Part shown: piece after piece, positions 46,498 to 58,363 of the stretch
Layout of the letters: the number at the start of each line of letters is the position of its first letter
Position numbering within the stretch: the stretch's first letter is position 1
DNA from: an uncultured delta proteobacterium
GTDB lineage: Bacteria; Myxococcota; Myxococcia; Myxococcales; Anaeromyxobacteraceae
Direction: 5' to 3'
Length of the DNA: 64,000 bases
NCBI GenBank assembly: GCA_963766715.1
Contig: CAVYBH010000009.1
Coordinates: 1 to 64,000 of the forward strand
Program-made: the position numbers and the translations under genes
Notes under the pieces: generated by a model
Told to the model about the DNA's origin: nothing
The model's database searches: none
The model's input: only the letters and a program-made list of their open reading frames with translations

Positions 46498-48190
46498 ATG
46501 TCCAGGTTCCAGGAGATTGCGGCCCGGCTCCGCGACGCCGAGGTGGGACGCGGAACGCGGATCCCCACCCCGTTCGGTCCCCGCCTGCTCCACTACGCCG
46601 ACCTGACCGCCACCGGCCGGCACCTGGACCTGGTCGAGCGCTGGCTGGACGCCGTCCGGCCGCTCTACGCCAACACCCACACCGCGGTGGCCACCACCGG
46701 CCGGGTGATGAACGGCCTGCGGGAGGAGGCCCGGGCGCAGGTGGCCCGCTCGGTCCACGCCGGCCCCGAGGACGTGGTGCTCTTCACCGGAAGTGGAGCC
46801 ACCGCGGCGGTCAACAAGCTGGTGGGGCTGCTGGGGCTCCGGCTGCCCGAGCCGCTCGAGCGGGAGTACGCCCTCTCCTCCCACGTCCCGCCCGGCCGCC
46901 GGCCGGTGATCCTGGTCGGCCCCTACGAGCACCACTCCAACGTGCTGCCCTGGATGGAGTCGATCGCCGACGTCCGCGAGGTGGCCCTCGACTCGCGCGG
47001 GGGAATCGACCTCGCCGACCTGCGCCGCCAGGCGCGCGAGGCGCGCGGACGCCCGCTCGTCGCCGGCGCCTTCTCGGCGGCCTCCAACGTGGACGGCCTG
47101 CTCACCGACGTCGCCGCCGTGGCCCGGGTCCTCCACGAGGAGGGGGCGCTCGTCTTCGTGGACTACGCGGCGGCGGGCCCCTACGTGCCCATCGACATGC
47201 ACCCCGCCGACCCGGCGGCCCGGATCGACGCCCTCTTCGTCTCCACCCACAAGTTCCTGGGCGGCCCGGAGGGCTCGGGCGTGCTCGTGGCCCACCGCGA
47301 CCTCTTCCGATCCCGCACCCCGGAGCGCCCCGGCGGCGGGACGGTCGACTTCGTCTCCGGGTGCCGGCCCGACCAGGTGGACTACGTCCGCTCGCTGGCC
47401 GAGCGGGAGGAGGGCGGGACCCCCGGCATCCTGGGCGACCTGCGGGCCGGCGTCGCCTTCGCCCTCAAGGACCACGTCGGCGCCCGCGAGATCCGCGACC
47501 ACGACCTGGCGCTCGCCCGGACGGCCGTGCGCGCGCCTCTCCGCCCACCCCCGGATCCGCGTCCACGGCCCGCTCGACCTGCCGCGGCTGCCCATCCTCT
47601 CCTTCAACGTCGAGGGGCTCCACCACGACCTCGTCTCGGCGCTGCTCGACCACCTCTTCGGCATCCAGAACCGGGCCGGGTGCTCCTGCGCCGGCCCGTA
47701 CGGCCACCGGCTGCTGGGCATCGAGGGCGAGCGGTCGGAGCGCTACCGCCGCCTCATCGCCGAGGGGCTGACCGGCGCCAAGCCCGGCTGGGTGCGGGTG
47801 TCGCTCCCCTGGTACGCCTCGCCCGGGGACGTCGAGTTCACGCTGCGGGCCGTCGAGTTCGTGGCCTCGCGGGGAGAGGCCTTCGTGCCCCTCTACCGGC
47901 TGGACTGGCGCGACGGGGTCTGGCGCCACCGGGACCGGGAGGTCGCCCACCCTTCCCCGTTCCGGCTCGCCGCCGACGAGATCCTGGCGGGTCCCCCGCC
48001 CGCGCCGGCGCCGCCCTCCGAGGCCGAGCGCGAGGCCGAGCGGGCCTCCTACCTCGCCGAGGCGGAGCGCCTGGCCGGCGAGCTCACGGCGCGCTGGCAG
48101 CGCGAGCCGCCGGCGTGGAATCGCCCCACGGGGCGACCCGACGTCGACGAGCTGGTCTGGTTCCGGTACGTCGAGACCGTGGGGCTGTAG
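46498..48190 (+). CDS. class V PLP-dependent aminotransferase / cysteine desulfurase-like (frameshift near 47530)
   Basis: [56 protein letters not shown]. Confidence 0.88.
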
Positions 48191-48211
48191 GCGCCCCGCG
48201 GGCGGAGGGCG

Positions 48212-49462
48212 TCAGGCGCTCTCCGCCTCCTTGCGCAGGACCACGATGGGCGGCTCGCCCTTCTCGATGACGTCCTCGCTGATGACGATCTCCTGCACGT
48301 TCCGGCGGCTGGGCACGTCGTACATGATGTCGAGCATCGCGCCCTCGACGATGGAGCGCAGCCCGCGGGCGCCGGCCTTGTTCTTCACGGCGGCGCGCGC
48401 GATGGCCTTGAGCGAGCCGTCGGTGAACTTGAGGCTGACGCCGTCCATCTCCATGAGCTTGCGGTACTGCTTCACGAGCGCGTTGCGCGGCCGGGTGAGG
48501 ATCTCGACCAGCGCCGCCTCGTCGAGCTCCTCGAGCGCGGTCACCACCGGCAGGCGCCCCACGAACTCGGGGATCATGCCGAACTTGAGCAGGTCCTCGG
48601 GCTCGACCAGCGCCAGCAGCTCGCCGACGTTCTTGTCCTCGCGCTTCTTCGCGTCGGTGCCGAAGCCCAGGCTGCGCCCGCCCAGCCGGCGCTCGATCAC
48701 GCCCTCGAGGCCGCAGAAGGCGCCGCCGCAGATGAAGAGGATGTTGGTGGTGTCGACCTGCAGGAACTCCTGCTGGGGGTGCTTGCGGCCGCCCTTGGGC
48801 GGGACGTTCGCCACCGTGCCCTCGATGAGCTTGAGGAGCGCCTGCTGCACGCCCTCGCCCGACACGTCGCGGGTGATGCTGGGGTTCTCGCTCTTGCGGG
48901 CGATCTTGTCGATCTCGTCGATGTAGACGATGCCCTTCTGCGCGCGCTCGATGTCGTGGTCGGCGGCCTGCAGGAGGTTCACGATGATGTTCTCGACGTC
49001 CTCGCCCACGTAGCCGGCCTCGGTGAGGGTGGTGGCGTCGGCGATGGTGAAGGGCACGTTGAGGATGCGGGCCAGCGTCTGGGCGAGCAGCGTCTTGCCC
49101 GACCCGGTGGGCCCCAGCATCAGGATGTTCGACTTCTGCAGCTCGACGTCGTCGACCTCGAGCCGGCTCTCGATGCGCTTGTAGTGGTTGTGCACCGCGA
49201 CGGCGAGCGTCTTCTTGGCCCGCTCCTGCCCGATCACGTACTCGTCGAGGATCGCCTTGATCTCGGACGGACGGGGGATGCGGACCTTCTGGTCGCGCTT
49301 CTCCTCGCCGGCGATCTCCTCGGCGATGATGTCGTTGCACAGCCCGATGCACTCGTCGCAGATGTAGACGGTGGGCCCGGCGATGAGCTTCTTCACCTCC
49401 TTCTGCGACTTCCCGCAGAAGGAGCAGCACAGCGTCTCTCGTTTCTCCACTCCGGCCATCAC
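48212..49462 (-). CDS. clpX: ATP-dependent Clp protease ATP-binding subunit ClpX
   Basis: CSFCGK zinc finger, [24 protein letters not shown]. Confidence 0.98.
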   Translation of the reverse strand: MMAGVEKRETLCCSFCGKSQKEVKKLIAGPTVYICDECIGLCNDIIAEEIAGEEKRDQKVRIPRPSEIKAILDEYVIGQERAKKTLAVAVHNHYKRIESRLEVDDVELQKSNILMLGPTGSGKTLLAQTLARILNVPFTIADATTLTEAGYVGEDVENIIVNLLQAADHDIERAQKGIVYIDEIDKIARKSENPSITRDVSGEGVQQALLKLIEGTVANVPPKGGRKHPQQEFLQVDTTNILFICGGAFCGLEGVIERRLGGRSLGFGTDAKKREDKNVGELLALVEPEDLLKFGMIPEFVGRLPVVTALEELDEAALVEILTRPRNALVKQYRKLMEMDGVSLKFTDGSLKAIARAAVKNKAGARGLRSIVEGAMLDIMYDVPSRRNVQEIVISEDVIEKGEPPIVVLRKEAESA

Positions 49463-49468
49463 TCCATC

Positions 49469-50080
49469 TTACTGCGGCTTCTTCTCCGCCGCCTTCTTCG
49501 TGACGATCACCTCGTCGATGAGGCCGTAATCCTTGGCCTCCTGCGGCGACATGAAGTAGTCCCGGTCGGTGTCCTTCGAGATGCGGTCGATGGCCTGCCC
49601 GGTGTGGCGGGCCAGGATCTCGTCGAGGGTCCTCTTCAGGCGCAGGGCCTCGCGGGCCTGGATCTCGATGTCGCTGGCCTGCCCGGAGAAGCCCCCGGAG
49701 AGCTGGTGGATCATGATGCGCGCGTTGGGCACCGCGTAGCGCTTGCCCTTCGCGCCGGCCGAGAGCAGCACCGCCGCCATGCTGGCCGCCTGGCCCAGGC
49801 AGATGGTGGAGACCGGGGCCTTCACGTACTGCATGGTGTCGTAGATGGCGAGGCCGGCCGTCACCGAGCCGCCCGGGCTGTTGATGTAGATGGAGACGTC
49901 CTTCTCCGGATCCTCCGACTCGAGGAAGAGGAGCTGGGCGGTGACGACGTTGGCCACGTCGTCGTCGATGGCCGTCCCGATGAAGACGATCCGGTCCTTG
50001 AGCAGGCGCGAGTAGATGTCGTAGGAGCGCTCGCCCCGGTGGGTCTGCTCGATGACGTAGGGCATCGGGATGTAGGGCAT
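49469..50080 (-). CDS. clpP: ATP-dependent Clp protease proteolytic subunit
   Basis: [39 protein letters not shown]. Confidence 0.98.
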   Translation of the reverse strand: MPYIPMPYVIEQTHRGERSYDIYSRLLKDRIVFIGTAIDDDVANVVTAQLLFLESEDPEKDVSIYINSPGGSVTAGLAIYDTMQYVKAPVSTICLGQAASMAAVLLSAGAKGKRYAVPNARIMIHQLSGGFSGQASDIEIQAREALRLKRTLDEILARHTGQAIDRISKDTDRDYFMSPQEAKDYGLIDEVIVTKKAAEKKPQ

Positions 50081-50110
50081 CGTTCCTCCGGGACCCGGGT
50101 GCGGGACCGA

Positions 50111-51391
50111 CTACTGGAAATTAGCGTTCGCGGCCAGCAGCGCAACGACCTTGTCCTCGCGGATCCGCTGCCGCAGGCCCTCGAGCGCGTCGCCCTTGGG
50201 CTGGATGCGGGAGGGCGGCACGCCCATCTCGTCGGCCCGGCGCTGGATCTCGTCCTGCTCGTCCTGGCTCTCGACCCCGATCTTCTCGGCCTCGGCGATG
50301 GCCTCGAGCAGCAGCGCGGCCTTCACGGTGAGGAGCGCCTGCTCGCGCAGGTCGGTGCGGATGCGGGCCACGTCCAGGTCGAGCTGGCGCAGGTCGATGC
50401 CCTGGCGGGCCAGCCGCTGGGCGGTGCTCTGCATCATGGCGTCGATGGTCCGCTCGATCAGGGCCTGGGGGACCTCGAAGTCGTTCTTCTCGAGGGCGGC
50501 CTTCACGAGCGCGTCGCGCTCCTCGGCCTCGACGCGCCGCTTCTCCCGCTTCTCGATGTCGGCGCGCACGCGCTCGCGCAGCACCGCCAGCGTCTCCACC
50601 CCCTCGATGCCGACCTCCTTCGCGAAGGCGTCGTCGATGGCGGGGATCTTCTGCGTCCGCAGCGACTGCAGCTGGATCTCGAAGTGGCACGGCTTGCCGG
50701 CCAGGGCCGGGTCGCGGAAGTCGGCGGGGAAGGCCTGCTCGAGCTCGAACTTCTCCCCGACGCTGCGGCCGGAGAGCACCGCCATCTCGCCGGCGAAGAA
50801 GTTGCCGTCCTTCACCTGGATGAGCGCGCCCTCGGCCGACCCGCCGTCGAAGGGCTTGCCCTCGACCGAGCCCTTGTAGTCGATGACCGCCCAGTCGCCG
50901 AGCTCGGCCACGGTGCGCCCCTCGACCGGCACCATCTCGGCGAAGGACTGGCGCAGCCGCTCGATCTCGGCGTCGACGGTCTCGTCGGTCACGACGAAGG
51001 CCTTCTTCGCCACGGTGAGCCCCTTGTAGTCCTTGGGCTCGATGGTGGGCTTCACCTCGACGCGCGCGGTGTACGAGAAGGGCTTGTCCGCCGCGAGGGC
51101 CGCCTCGGCGACCTGGACGCGGGGAGCGGCCACGGCCTCGAGCTTCTGCTCCCGGCTGGCCTCGTCGAAGCTCTTCTGGACGAGCCGCTCGACCACGTCG
51201 GCCTCGACCTGGTCCTTGAAGTTCCGCTCGAGGACGGCGCGGGGCGCCTTGCCGGGGCGGAAGCCCTTCAGCTTGGCGCGACGCCCGAGGCTCGCGTAGG
51301 CGCGGTCGATCTCCTTCGCCACCTCGGCGGGCTCGATCTCGACGGTGACCTTCTTCTCCACGGGGGAGAGCTTCTCGACCTGGATCTTCAT
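50111..51391 (-). CDS. tig: trigger factor
   Basis: GFRPGKAP signature, FKBP-like domain, upstream of clpP. Confidence 0.96.
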   Translation of the reverse strand: MKIQVEKLSPVEKKVTVEIEPAEVAKEIDRAYASLGRRAKLKGFRPGKAPRAVLERNFKDQVEADVVERLVQKSFDEASREQKLEAVAAPRVQVAEAALAADKPFSYTARVEVKPTIEPKDYKGLTVAKKAFVVTDETVDAEIERLRQSFAEMVPVEGRTVAELGDWAVIDYKGSVEGKPFDGGSAEGALIQVKDGNFFAGEMAVLSGRSVGEKFELEQAFPADFRDPALAGKPCHFEIQLQSLRTQKIPAIDDAFAKEVGIEGVETLAVLRERVRADIEKREKRRVEAEERDALVKAALEKNDFEVPQALIERTIDAMMQSTAQRLARQGIDLRQLDLDVARIRTDLREQALLTVKAALLLEAIAEAEKIGVESQDEQDEIQRRADEMGVPPSRIQPKGDALEGLRQRIREDKVVALLAANANFQ

Positions 51392-51424
51392 TCGGGGAAT
51401 TCCTTCAAGCGGAACGGGGGCATA

Positions 51425-51453
51425 GACCTACGGCCGCGGGGCCGCCGGGTCAA
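51425..51453 (-). promoter_or_regulatory. sigma70-type promoter of tig
   Basis: TTGACC-17 nt-TAGGTC. Confidence 0.45.
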
Positions 51454-51471
51454 GGGAAATGGGGGGCGAAA

Positions 51472-51553
51472 TGGGCGGGGAGGGACTCGAACCCTCATGC
51501 CTTGCGGCACCGGATCCTAAGTCCGGCGCGTCTGCCAGTTCCGCCACCCGCCC
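51472..51553 (-). tRNA. tRNA-Leu(TAG)
   Basis: GGGCGGG acceptor, CCGGA-CTTAGGA-TCCGG anticodon arm, long variable arm, TTCGAGT; CCA not encoded. Confidence 0.95.
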
Positions 51554-51621
51554 GCGGACCCCGCCACACTACCCGATCACGGGCGGGCCCGAGGGGACCG
51601 GTTTCGATGTAGAAACGGTGC

Positions 51622-52032
51622 GTGGACGCGCCCCATGAGCACCCGCCCGAGGCCAGATGCACGCCGGACTGCCCCCGGTGGAGCGAATGGGCCATCCATT
51701 TCTACTTCCTCCAGCAGCGCTGGCCCGAGATGCTCGAGGCCTGCCGGACCGCCTCCGCCATCGAGTGGGTGATGGTGGCGCCCGGGGTGGCCGGGGTGAC
51801 GCTGCCCGAGTACCTGCGCGACGAGCAGCTGGTGCGGCTCAACATGGTGGCCGGCCGCGACACCCCCGAGGTGCTCCTCGACGACTGGGGCATCCGCTGC
51901 AGCCTCACCTTCCGCGGGGCCCGGGTCGAGGTGGCGATGCCCTGGGGCGCGGTGGTGGCCGGGACGCTGCGCCCGCCGGCGCCCGTGAAGAAGCCGCGCT
52001 TCGGCCTCATCCAGGGCGGCAAGAAGGACTGA
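51622..52032 (+). CDS. SspB-like (ClpXP specificity factor-like) protein
   Basis: VTLPEYL...LVRLN...LDDWGIRCSLTFRG...VAMPWGAV resembles the SspB core; tail KPRFGLIQGGK resembles a ClpX-binding tail. Confidence 0.55.
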   Translation: MDAPHEHPPEARCTPDCPRWSEWAIHFYFLQQRWPEMLEACRTASAIEWVMVAPGVAGVTLPEYLRDEQLVRLNMVAGRDTPEVLLDDWGIRCSLTFRGARVEVAMPWGAVVAGTLRPPAPVKKPRFGLIQGGKKD

Positions 52033-52045
52033 GCGCCCGAAAAGC

Positions 52046-52078
52046 AAAAAGGCCAACCGGGATGCCGGTCGGCCTTTT
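52046..52078. terminator. bidirectional intrinsic terminator
   Basis: AAAAAGGCCAACCGG-GATG-CCGGTCGGCCTTTT between the convergent CDS and tRNA-Lys. Confidence 0.8.
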
Positions 52079-52103
52079 CGCGCCGCGTCTCTCGACGGGG
52101 ACT

Positions 52104-52179
52104 TGGTGAGCGCAGAAGGAATCGAACCTTCAACCTATGGATTAAGAGTCCATTGCTCTGCCAGTTGAGCTATGCGCCC
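52104..52179 (-). tRNA. tRNA-Lys(CTT)
   Basis: GGGCGCATAGCTCAA...ATGGA-CTCTTAA-TCCAT...TTCGATT...CCA. Confidence 0.96.
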
Positions 52180-52223
52180 GGAAACATCGGGGAACTTCGG
52201 ATGGCATCTGGCGAAGGGCGGCG

Positions 52224-52252
52224 GATTTAGCAGTTTGCCCCAGGGGTGTCAA
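52224..52252 (-). promoter_or_regulatory. sigma70-type promoter for tRNA-Lys
   Basis: TTGACA-17 nt-TAAATC with TG extended -10. Confidence 0.55.
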
Positions 52253-52329
52253 TGGCGCGCCCGGAGGGAATCGAACCCCCGACCTGCGGCTTCGAAGGCC
52301 GACGCTCTATCCATCTGAGCTACGGGCGC
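52253..52329 (-). tRNA. tRNA-Arg(TCG)
   Basis: GCGCCCGTAGCTCAGATGGATAGAGC...CTTCGAA loop...CCA. Confidence 0.94.
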
Positions 52330-52361
52330 AGAAGGCGGGGGGTCCCGCCGTCCGTAAGAGG

Positions 52362-52438
52362 TGGGGTGAGTGAAGGGGCTCGAACCCTCAACCCCCGGAT
52401 CCACAGTCCAGTGCTCTACCGATTGAGCTACACTCACC
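52362..52438 (-). tRNA. tRNA-His(GTG)
   Basis: G-1, 8-bp acceptor GGTGAGTG/CACTCACC, CTGTGGA loop, CCA. Confidence 0.96.
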
Positions 52439-52448
52439 GTAAAAATGT

Positions 52449-52525
52449 TGGCGCGCCCGGAGGGAGTCGAACCCCCGACCCGCGGCTTAGAAGGCCGCTG
52501 CTCTATCCAACTGAGCTACGGGCGC
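52449..52525 (-). tRNA. tRNA-Arg(TCT)
   Basis: GCGGC-CTTCTAA-GCCGC anticodon arm, CCA. Confidence 0.96.
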
Positions 52526-52590
52526 AAGTCGGCCCCGTCCTCCGTGCTCCGGGATGTCTTCCCCGGCCATCCGATTCGACTTTCAAAGAG

Positions 52591-52664
52591 TCGGGGCGGC
52601 GGGATTCGGACCCGCGACCTCCTGCGCCCAAGGCAGGCGCGCTACCAGGCTGCGCTACGCCCCG
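52591..52664 (-). tRNA. tRNA-Pro(TGG)
   Basis: CGGGGCG acceptor, CCTGC-CTTGGGC-GCAGG arm; T loop reads TCCGAAT; no encoded CCA. Confidence 0.9.
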
Positions 52665-52706
52665 GCGACCGACTACCGGCTCGTCCGCTCCGGCCCGAGA
52701 GCGCCG

Positions 52707-52735
52707 TGTCTAGCGTCCCTCCGGGGTTTTGTCAA
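52707..52735 (-). promoter_or_regulatory. sigma70-type promoter of tRNA cluster
   Basis: TTGACA (overlapping the rdgB stop)-17 nt-TAGACA. Confidence 0.55.
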
Positions 52736-53358
52736 AGGGAGGCTGCGATGCGGACCAGATCGGGCACCAGGCGGCGAAGCGCCTCGCCCCGGTGGGACAG
52801 CCCGTCCTTCTCGGCCGGGGAGAGCTCGGCCATGGTCTTCCCGGGGGCTCCCTCGGGCAGGAAGAGCGGGTCGTAGCCGAATCCCCCCTCCCCGCGCGGC
52901 GCCTCGCCCACCACGCCCCGGCAGGCCCCCTCGGCGGTGGCGAGGATGCTGCCGTCCGGCGCCGCGAGCGCCACCACGGCCCGGTACTCGGCGCCGCGGT
53001 GCTCGGGCAGGACCCCGTGCAGGACCATGAGGAGCTTGGTGTTGTTGGCCCGGTCCCGCTCCACGCCCGAGAGGCCCGGGCTCTCCCCCTCCGACCAGCG
53101 CGCCGAGCGGATGCCCGGCTGGCCCCAGAGGGCGTCGATGCAGAGCCCCGAGTCGTCGGCCAGCGCGTGCATCCCGGCGGCGCGGGCGTACGCGGCGGCC
53201 TTCTTGGCGGCGTTGGCCGTGAAGGTGGCGCCGTCCTCCTCGACCTCCGGGATCTCGCGCCCCAGGTCGTCCGAGGGAGACCACGCGGACCGGGAGGCCG
53301 GCCACCAGCCGGCGAAGCTCCCGGAGCTTGCCCGGGTTGCGGGTGGCGAAGAGCAGGT

Positions 53359-53362
<4 letters not shown>
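52732..53362 (-). CDS. rdgB: non-canonical purine NTP pyrophosphatase (HAM1), frameshift near 53275
   Basis: [41 protein letters not shown]. Confidence 0.93.
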
Positions 53363-54078
<716 letters not shown>

Positions 54079-54088
54079 GGGGCGCGCA

Positions 54089-54894
54089 TCATAACCTCGG
54101 ACGCGCCGGACCGCAGCCCGAGAGGCGGTCGACGGGGCGGGGCTGCGGGCGGTGGCGCGCCAGGCGGCGATCCCGGCGGCGAGCGCGTTCGCGATCGCCT
54201 CCTGCCGCGACGCCCGGGCGAGGTCCTTGCCCTCCACCGGGTGGGACACGAAGCCCAGCTCCACGAGCACCGCGGCCATCCGGGCCCCGGCCAGCACGTA
54301 GAACGGCGCCTGCTTCACGCCCCGGTCGGGGGCGCGGGTCCCTCGCACCACCGCCCCGTGGATGGCCTGGGCGAGCCGCGAGCTCTCGGAGAGGTTGGCG
54401 TTGTCCTCCAGGTCGGACAGGATGCCGCCCACCACGTCGGCCGGGTCGATCTCCGGCTCGCCGGCCAGGCGGTCGGCGTTCTCGCGCGCCGCCACGGCGG
54501 AGGCGGACGCGTCGGAGGCGTCGGCCGACAGGAAGTAGGTCTCCACGCCGCGGGCCTTCGATCCGGCCCCGCCGGGCGCCGAGTTCAGGTGGATGGAGAC
54601 GAAGAGGTCGGCCTTCTCGACGTTGGCGATGGCGGCGCGGCGCGCCAGCTCCACCGAGTCGTCCCCGCCGCGCGTGAGCACCACGCGCGCGCCCTGCTTC
54701 TCCAGCCGCTTCTTGAGCAGGCGGGCGATCTGCAGCGTGAGGTCCTTCTCCCGCTTGCCGTCGACCGAGATGGCGCCGTCCTTCTCCCCGCCGTGACCGG
54801 GATCGATCACGACCACGAAGGCCGGCTGTGCGGCGGCCTTCGCCGGGACGGGCTTCGCGGCGAGGAGCAGCGCGGTGGCGAGAGCGAGGAGCAT
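54089..54894 (-). CDS. N-acetylmuramoyl-L-alanine amidase (Amidase_3); 3' end uncertain
   Basis: Signal peptide; [38 protein letters not shown]. Confidence 0.9.
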
Positions 54895-54922
54895 GGACGG
54901 CCGACCGGGGGCCCGGGCCCCC

Positions 54923-55973
54923 TCAGGCCACCTCGAGAGCGGCTCCGGAGGGCGCCTCGCGCACCTCCCCGATGCGCGCCGCCGCCACGCCCTGGTCGGC
55001 GAGCAGCCGGAGCACCGTCTCCAGCCGGCCGGGCGCCACCGCCGCGAGCAGCCCGCCGTTCGTCTGGGCGTCGGCCAGCACGAGCTGCATCGGGCGGCGT
55101 GACGGCGGGGCCGAAGCGGACGTGCGGGGCCACCCATTCGAGGTTGGCCTTCGTGCCGCCGGGGACCACGTCCTTCTCCGCCAGCCCCAGCGCGCCCGCC
55201 TGCACGGGAACGGCGTCGGCCCGGATCGAGAGGACGACGCGGGAGCCCTCGGCCATCTCCCAGGCGTGGCCCAGCAGGCCGAAGCCGGTGACGTCGGTGA
55301 GCGCGGAGACGGCGCCGCTCGCGGCCAGGACCTCGCCGGCGGCCCGGTTCAGCTCGGCCATCACGGCGGTGACCTCGGCGATCTGCGCGGGCGTGGCCGT
55401 CCCCCGCTTGATGGCGGTGGTGACGATGCCCGAGCCGAGGGGCTTGGTGAGCAGGAGCTGGTCGCCGGGGCGCGCGCCGACGTTCCGCAGCACGCGGTCG
55501 GGGTGCACGAGCCCGGTCACGGCCATGCCGTACTTGGGCTCCGGGTCGTCGATGCTGTGGCCGCCCAGCACCGGCGCGCCGGCGAGGGCCGCGGCCTCCG
55601 ACCCGCCGCGCAGGATCTCGGCGAGGACCTCGATGGGGAGGACCTTGATCGGGAAGGCCACCAGGTTGAGCGCGAAGATCGGCCGGCCGCCCATGGCCCA
55701 CACGTCGGAGAAGGCGTTGGCCGCGGCGATGCGGCCGAACCAGTACGGGTCGTCGACCACCGGCGTGAAGAAGTCGACCGTCTCCACGATGGCCTCGGTG
55801 GGCGACAGTCGATACACGGCGGCGTCGTCGCGCGTCTCGTGACCGACGAGAGCGCGCGCATCCGTCACCCTGGGTAGGTGGCGCAGGACCTGCGCCAAGT
55901 CCGCCGGGCGGATCTTGCAGGCTCAACCAGCGCCGTGCGACAGCGAGGTGAGCCGGGGGTGGTTCCTGTCCAT
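54923..55973 (-). CDS. selD: selenide, water dikinase with in-frame selenocysteine (frameshift near 55095)
   Basis: [83 protein letters not shown]. Confidence 0.95.
55887..55922 (-). promoter_or_regulatory. SECIS-like hairpin immediately 3' of the selD UGA
   Basis: mRNA GCCUGCAAGAUCCGC-CCG-GCGGACUUGGCGCAGGUC can pair CCUGC/GCAGG, CAAG/CUUG and UCCGC/GCGGA. Confidence 0.7.
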
Positions 55974-55979
55974 CACGTC

Positions 55980-56714
55980 CTACGGTCGTGGCGCGGCCGG
56001 CGGCGCGCCCGTGGAATCGATGCCGGCGAACTTGAGATAGAGCTCGGCGCTGTGGTTGCCGGGCGAGACGCGGAGGACCTCGTTCCACTGGTCGGCGGCC
56101 TCCGGCAGGCGGCCCGCGGCGAAGAGGCAGAGGCCCAGGTTGAGCCGGCCGGGGACGAAGGCCGGGTTCTGCCGGATCGCCTCCTCGTACTCGACGATGG
56201 CCTCGGCGCGCCGCCCGGAGTCGCGCAGCGCGCCGGCCAGCCGGGCGCGGATGTCCACGAAGGTGGGGCAGAGCGCGAGCGCCCGCTGCAGCTCGGCGAT
56301 GGCCTCGGGGTAGAGCCCGGCGGAGAGGTAGACCTCGCCGATGTCGGAATACATGTTGGCGAGCTTGCCGCGGACGAAGTGGTCGAGCTGCCCGGGGGCG
56401 GCGCCGGAGGTGGTCAGCGCCTGCTGGTAGGCCTCCTGGGCCTCCCGGTACTTGCCGGTGTCGTTGTAGGTGATGGCCAGGTTGAGCGCGGCGTCGGTGT
56501 AGGCCGGGTTCAGCCGGAGCGCCGCCTCGAAGGCGCGCTGGGCCTTCTGGTAGTGCCCCTGGTCGTGGAAGCAGACGCCCAGCATGTTGTAGACGTCGGC
56601 GAAGGTGGGGTTCCCCTCCACGACCTGGGTCAGGTACTGCTCGGCGCGCGCGAACTCGCGACGGGCGTAGTGGAATCGCCCGAGCGCCAGCTTCTCCTTG
56701 AGCACGTCGTCCAT
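55980..56714 (-). CDS. TPR repeat protein
   Basis: 244 aa with several canonical TPRs ([17 protein letters not shown]). Confidence 0.85.
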   Translation of the reverse strand: MDDVLKEKLALGRFHYARREFARAEQYLTQVVEGNPTFADVYNMLGVCFHDQGHYQKAQRAFEAALRLNPAYTDAALNLAITYNDTGKYREAQEAYQQALTTSGAAPGQLDHFVRGKLANMYSDIGEVYLSAGLYPEAIAELQRALALCPTFVDIRARLAGALRDSGRRAEAIVEYEEAIRQNPAFVPGRLNLGLCLFAAGRLPEAADQWNEVLRVSPGNHSAELYLKFAGIDSTGAPPAAPRP

Positions 56715-56771
56715 GTCCCTCTCCCCCGGGTCGCTCCGCCGCCCGGGAAGTCTACCATCGGGGCGCTCCGG

Positions 56772-57530
56772 TCACAGGCCGGAGGTGAAGACCCAGCGCT
56801 CCCCGCGCCGCTCCAGCCGGTACCGGGCCCGGAGCGGGCGGCCGTCGTTCCCGGGCCGGCCGTCCTCGTAGTCCTCGCCGACCTCGGCGCTGTCCCGGTC
56901 GACCCGGATCTGCCAGCCGCGGACGCGCAGCTCGGGGTGGGGCCCCCTGGCCTCGGCCGCCAGCCGCGCCGCCAGCGCGCCCCGGTCGGTCGGCGCCGTC
57001 CCGGTAGTCGTCGGCCGCAAGCGCCACCTGCGCGGGCGCGTCTCCGGCCCGGGCCGCGTCGAGGCGCCGGAAGAGGGTCCGCAGGACCATTCGCAGCCGC
57101 GCGAACTGGTCGCCCTCGGAGCACCAGAGGGCGATCTTGCAGGGCTTCATGTGGAACTGCTCGCGCCCGATGTAGGAGACCGCGGCGGTCTGGTCGCGCC
57201 AGGTGGCCTGCCCCTCGGCGTCGAGCTGGGCCACCACCGTGGCGCGGTCGCCCTCCACCACCGGCACCACCTCGGAGTAGCGGACCGGGACGAGCTCGAG
57301 GGTGCCCCCGGCCTTCCAGCCGTAGACGTCCTCGAGGTGGGCCCGGTTCTGGTGGACGAGCGCCTGGCGGACCTGGGCCTCCGGGCTCTGGAGCGAGACG
57401 CCGGAGCCCGCGTCCATCAGCTCGGCGCGCCAGATCCAGGCGCCGGCCGCGGCCGCGCCGGCCACCAGGATGGGGACCAGGTACGGGGCGCCGGTCCGGA
57501 AGCGGACGCGCCTCCGGCGCCGGAACTCAC
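56772..57530 (-). CDS. hypothetical membrane-anchored protein with NTF2-like segments (frameshifted)
   Basis: TM LVPILVAGAAAAGAWIW; VEGDRATVVAQL; final frame YRLERRGERWVFTSGL; probable GTGA overlap with the bamD stop. Confidence 0.55.
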
Positions 57531-58347
57531 TTCCAGGGCGAGGGGGCGGGCTCGGGCTGGGTACGGAGTTCGGCAAGGAGCTTCTCGGCGCCGGCGCGCT
57601 GCTTGCCTGCGGGTACTTCACGATGAGCTGCTGGAGGGCCTGCTGCGCCCGGAAGCGCTCCGAGAGCTTCACGTACATGTCGGCGAGCGCCCAGAGGGCC
57701 TCGGGCTCGCGGGCGCTGCCCGGGTAGTCCTTCATGAGCCGCTCGAGCCGGAAGGCGGCGCCCTGCCACTTCTCGCGCTTCATGTAGAACTCGTAGGCGT
57801 ACCAGTCGCGCTCGGCGAGCACGTCGCGGACCTTGGCCAGCTTCTCCTTCGCCTCCGGCGCGTACTTCGAGGTCGGGTACTTCTCGACGAACAGGGCCAG
57901 GCCGTCGGCGGCCTTGGCCACCTGGGCCAGGTCGCGCTCGTGGACCGGCGGGAAGAGGAAGAAGTCGCTGGGGGCGTCCTCCCACCGGGCCAGCGCCGCG
58001 CGGTAGGCGGCGTAGTCGACCTCGGGGCTGGAGGGGTGGATCTTCACGAAGGTCTGGTAGGCGTCGGCCGCCTCGATGAACTTGCCCTGGGCGAAGCGCA
58101 GGTCGGCCAGGCGCAGCTCGGCGAGCACGCCGTACTTCGAGTACGGATACTTGGTGCGGACCCGCTCCAGGATCCGCTGGGCGTCGGGGAAGGACCGGTC
58201 CTCGAGCTCGGTCACGCCGCGGACGTACTCCTCCTCGGCGGGGGACTCGTACTTCACCGCCGGGGCCTTCTTCGCGCAGGCGGAGAGGGCCGGGAGGGAG
58301 AGGGCGAGGGCCGCGAGCAGCGGCCAGATCCGGTTCCGGGAACGCAT
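57527..58347 (-). CDS. bamD: outer membrane assembly lipoprotein BamD (frameshift near C-terminus)
   Basis: Lipobox LSAC; KYPYSKY, FVKIHPSSPEVDYAAY, KYPTSKYAPEA, KWQGAAFR. Confidence 0.88.
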
Positions 58348-58363
58348 CGGGGCGCGAAACATA

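Noticed and set aside
52104..52664. Prophage or island integrated at the tRNA cluster
   Set aside because: No integrase and no duplicated tRNA 3' end; flanking genes are core.
56752..58362. BamD fused to the downstream membrane protein
   Set aside because: The BamD C-terminus continues in another frame to a stop at 57527; the fusion is a frameshift artefact.
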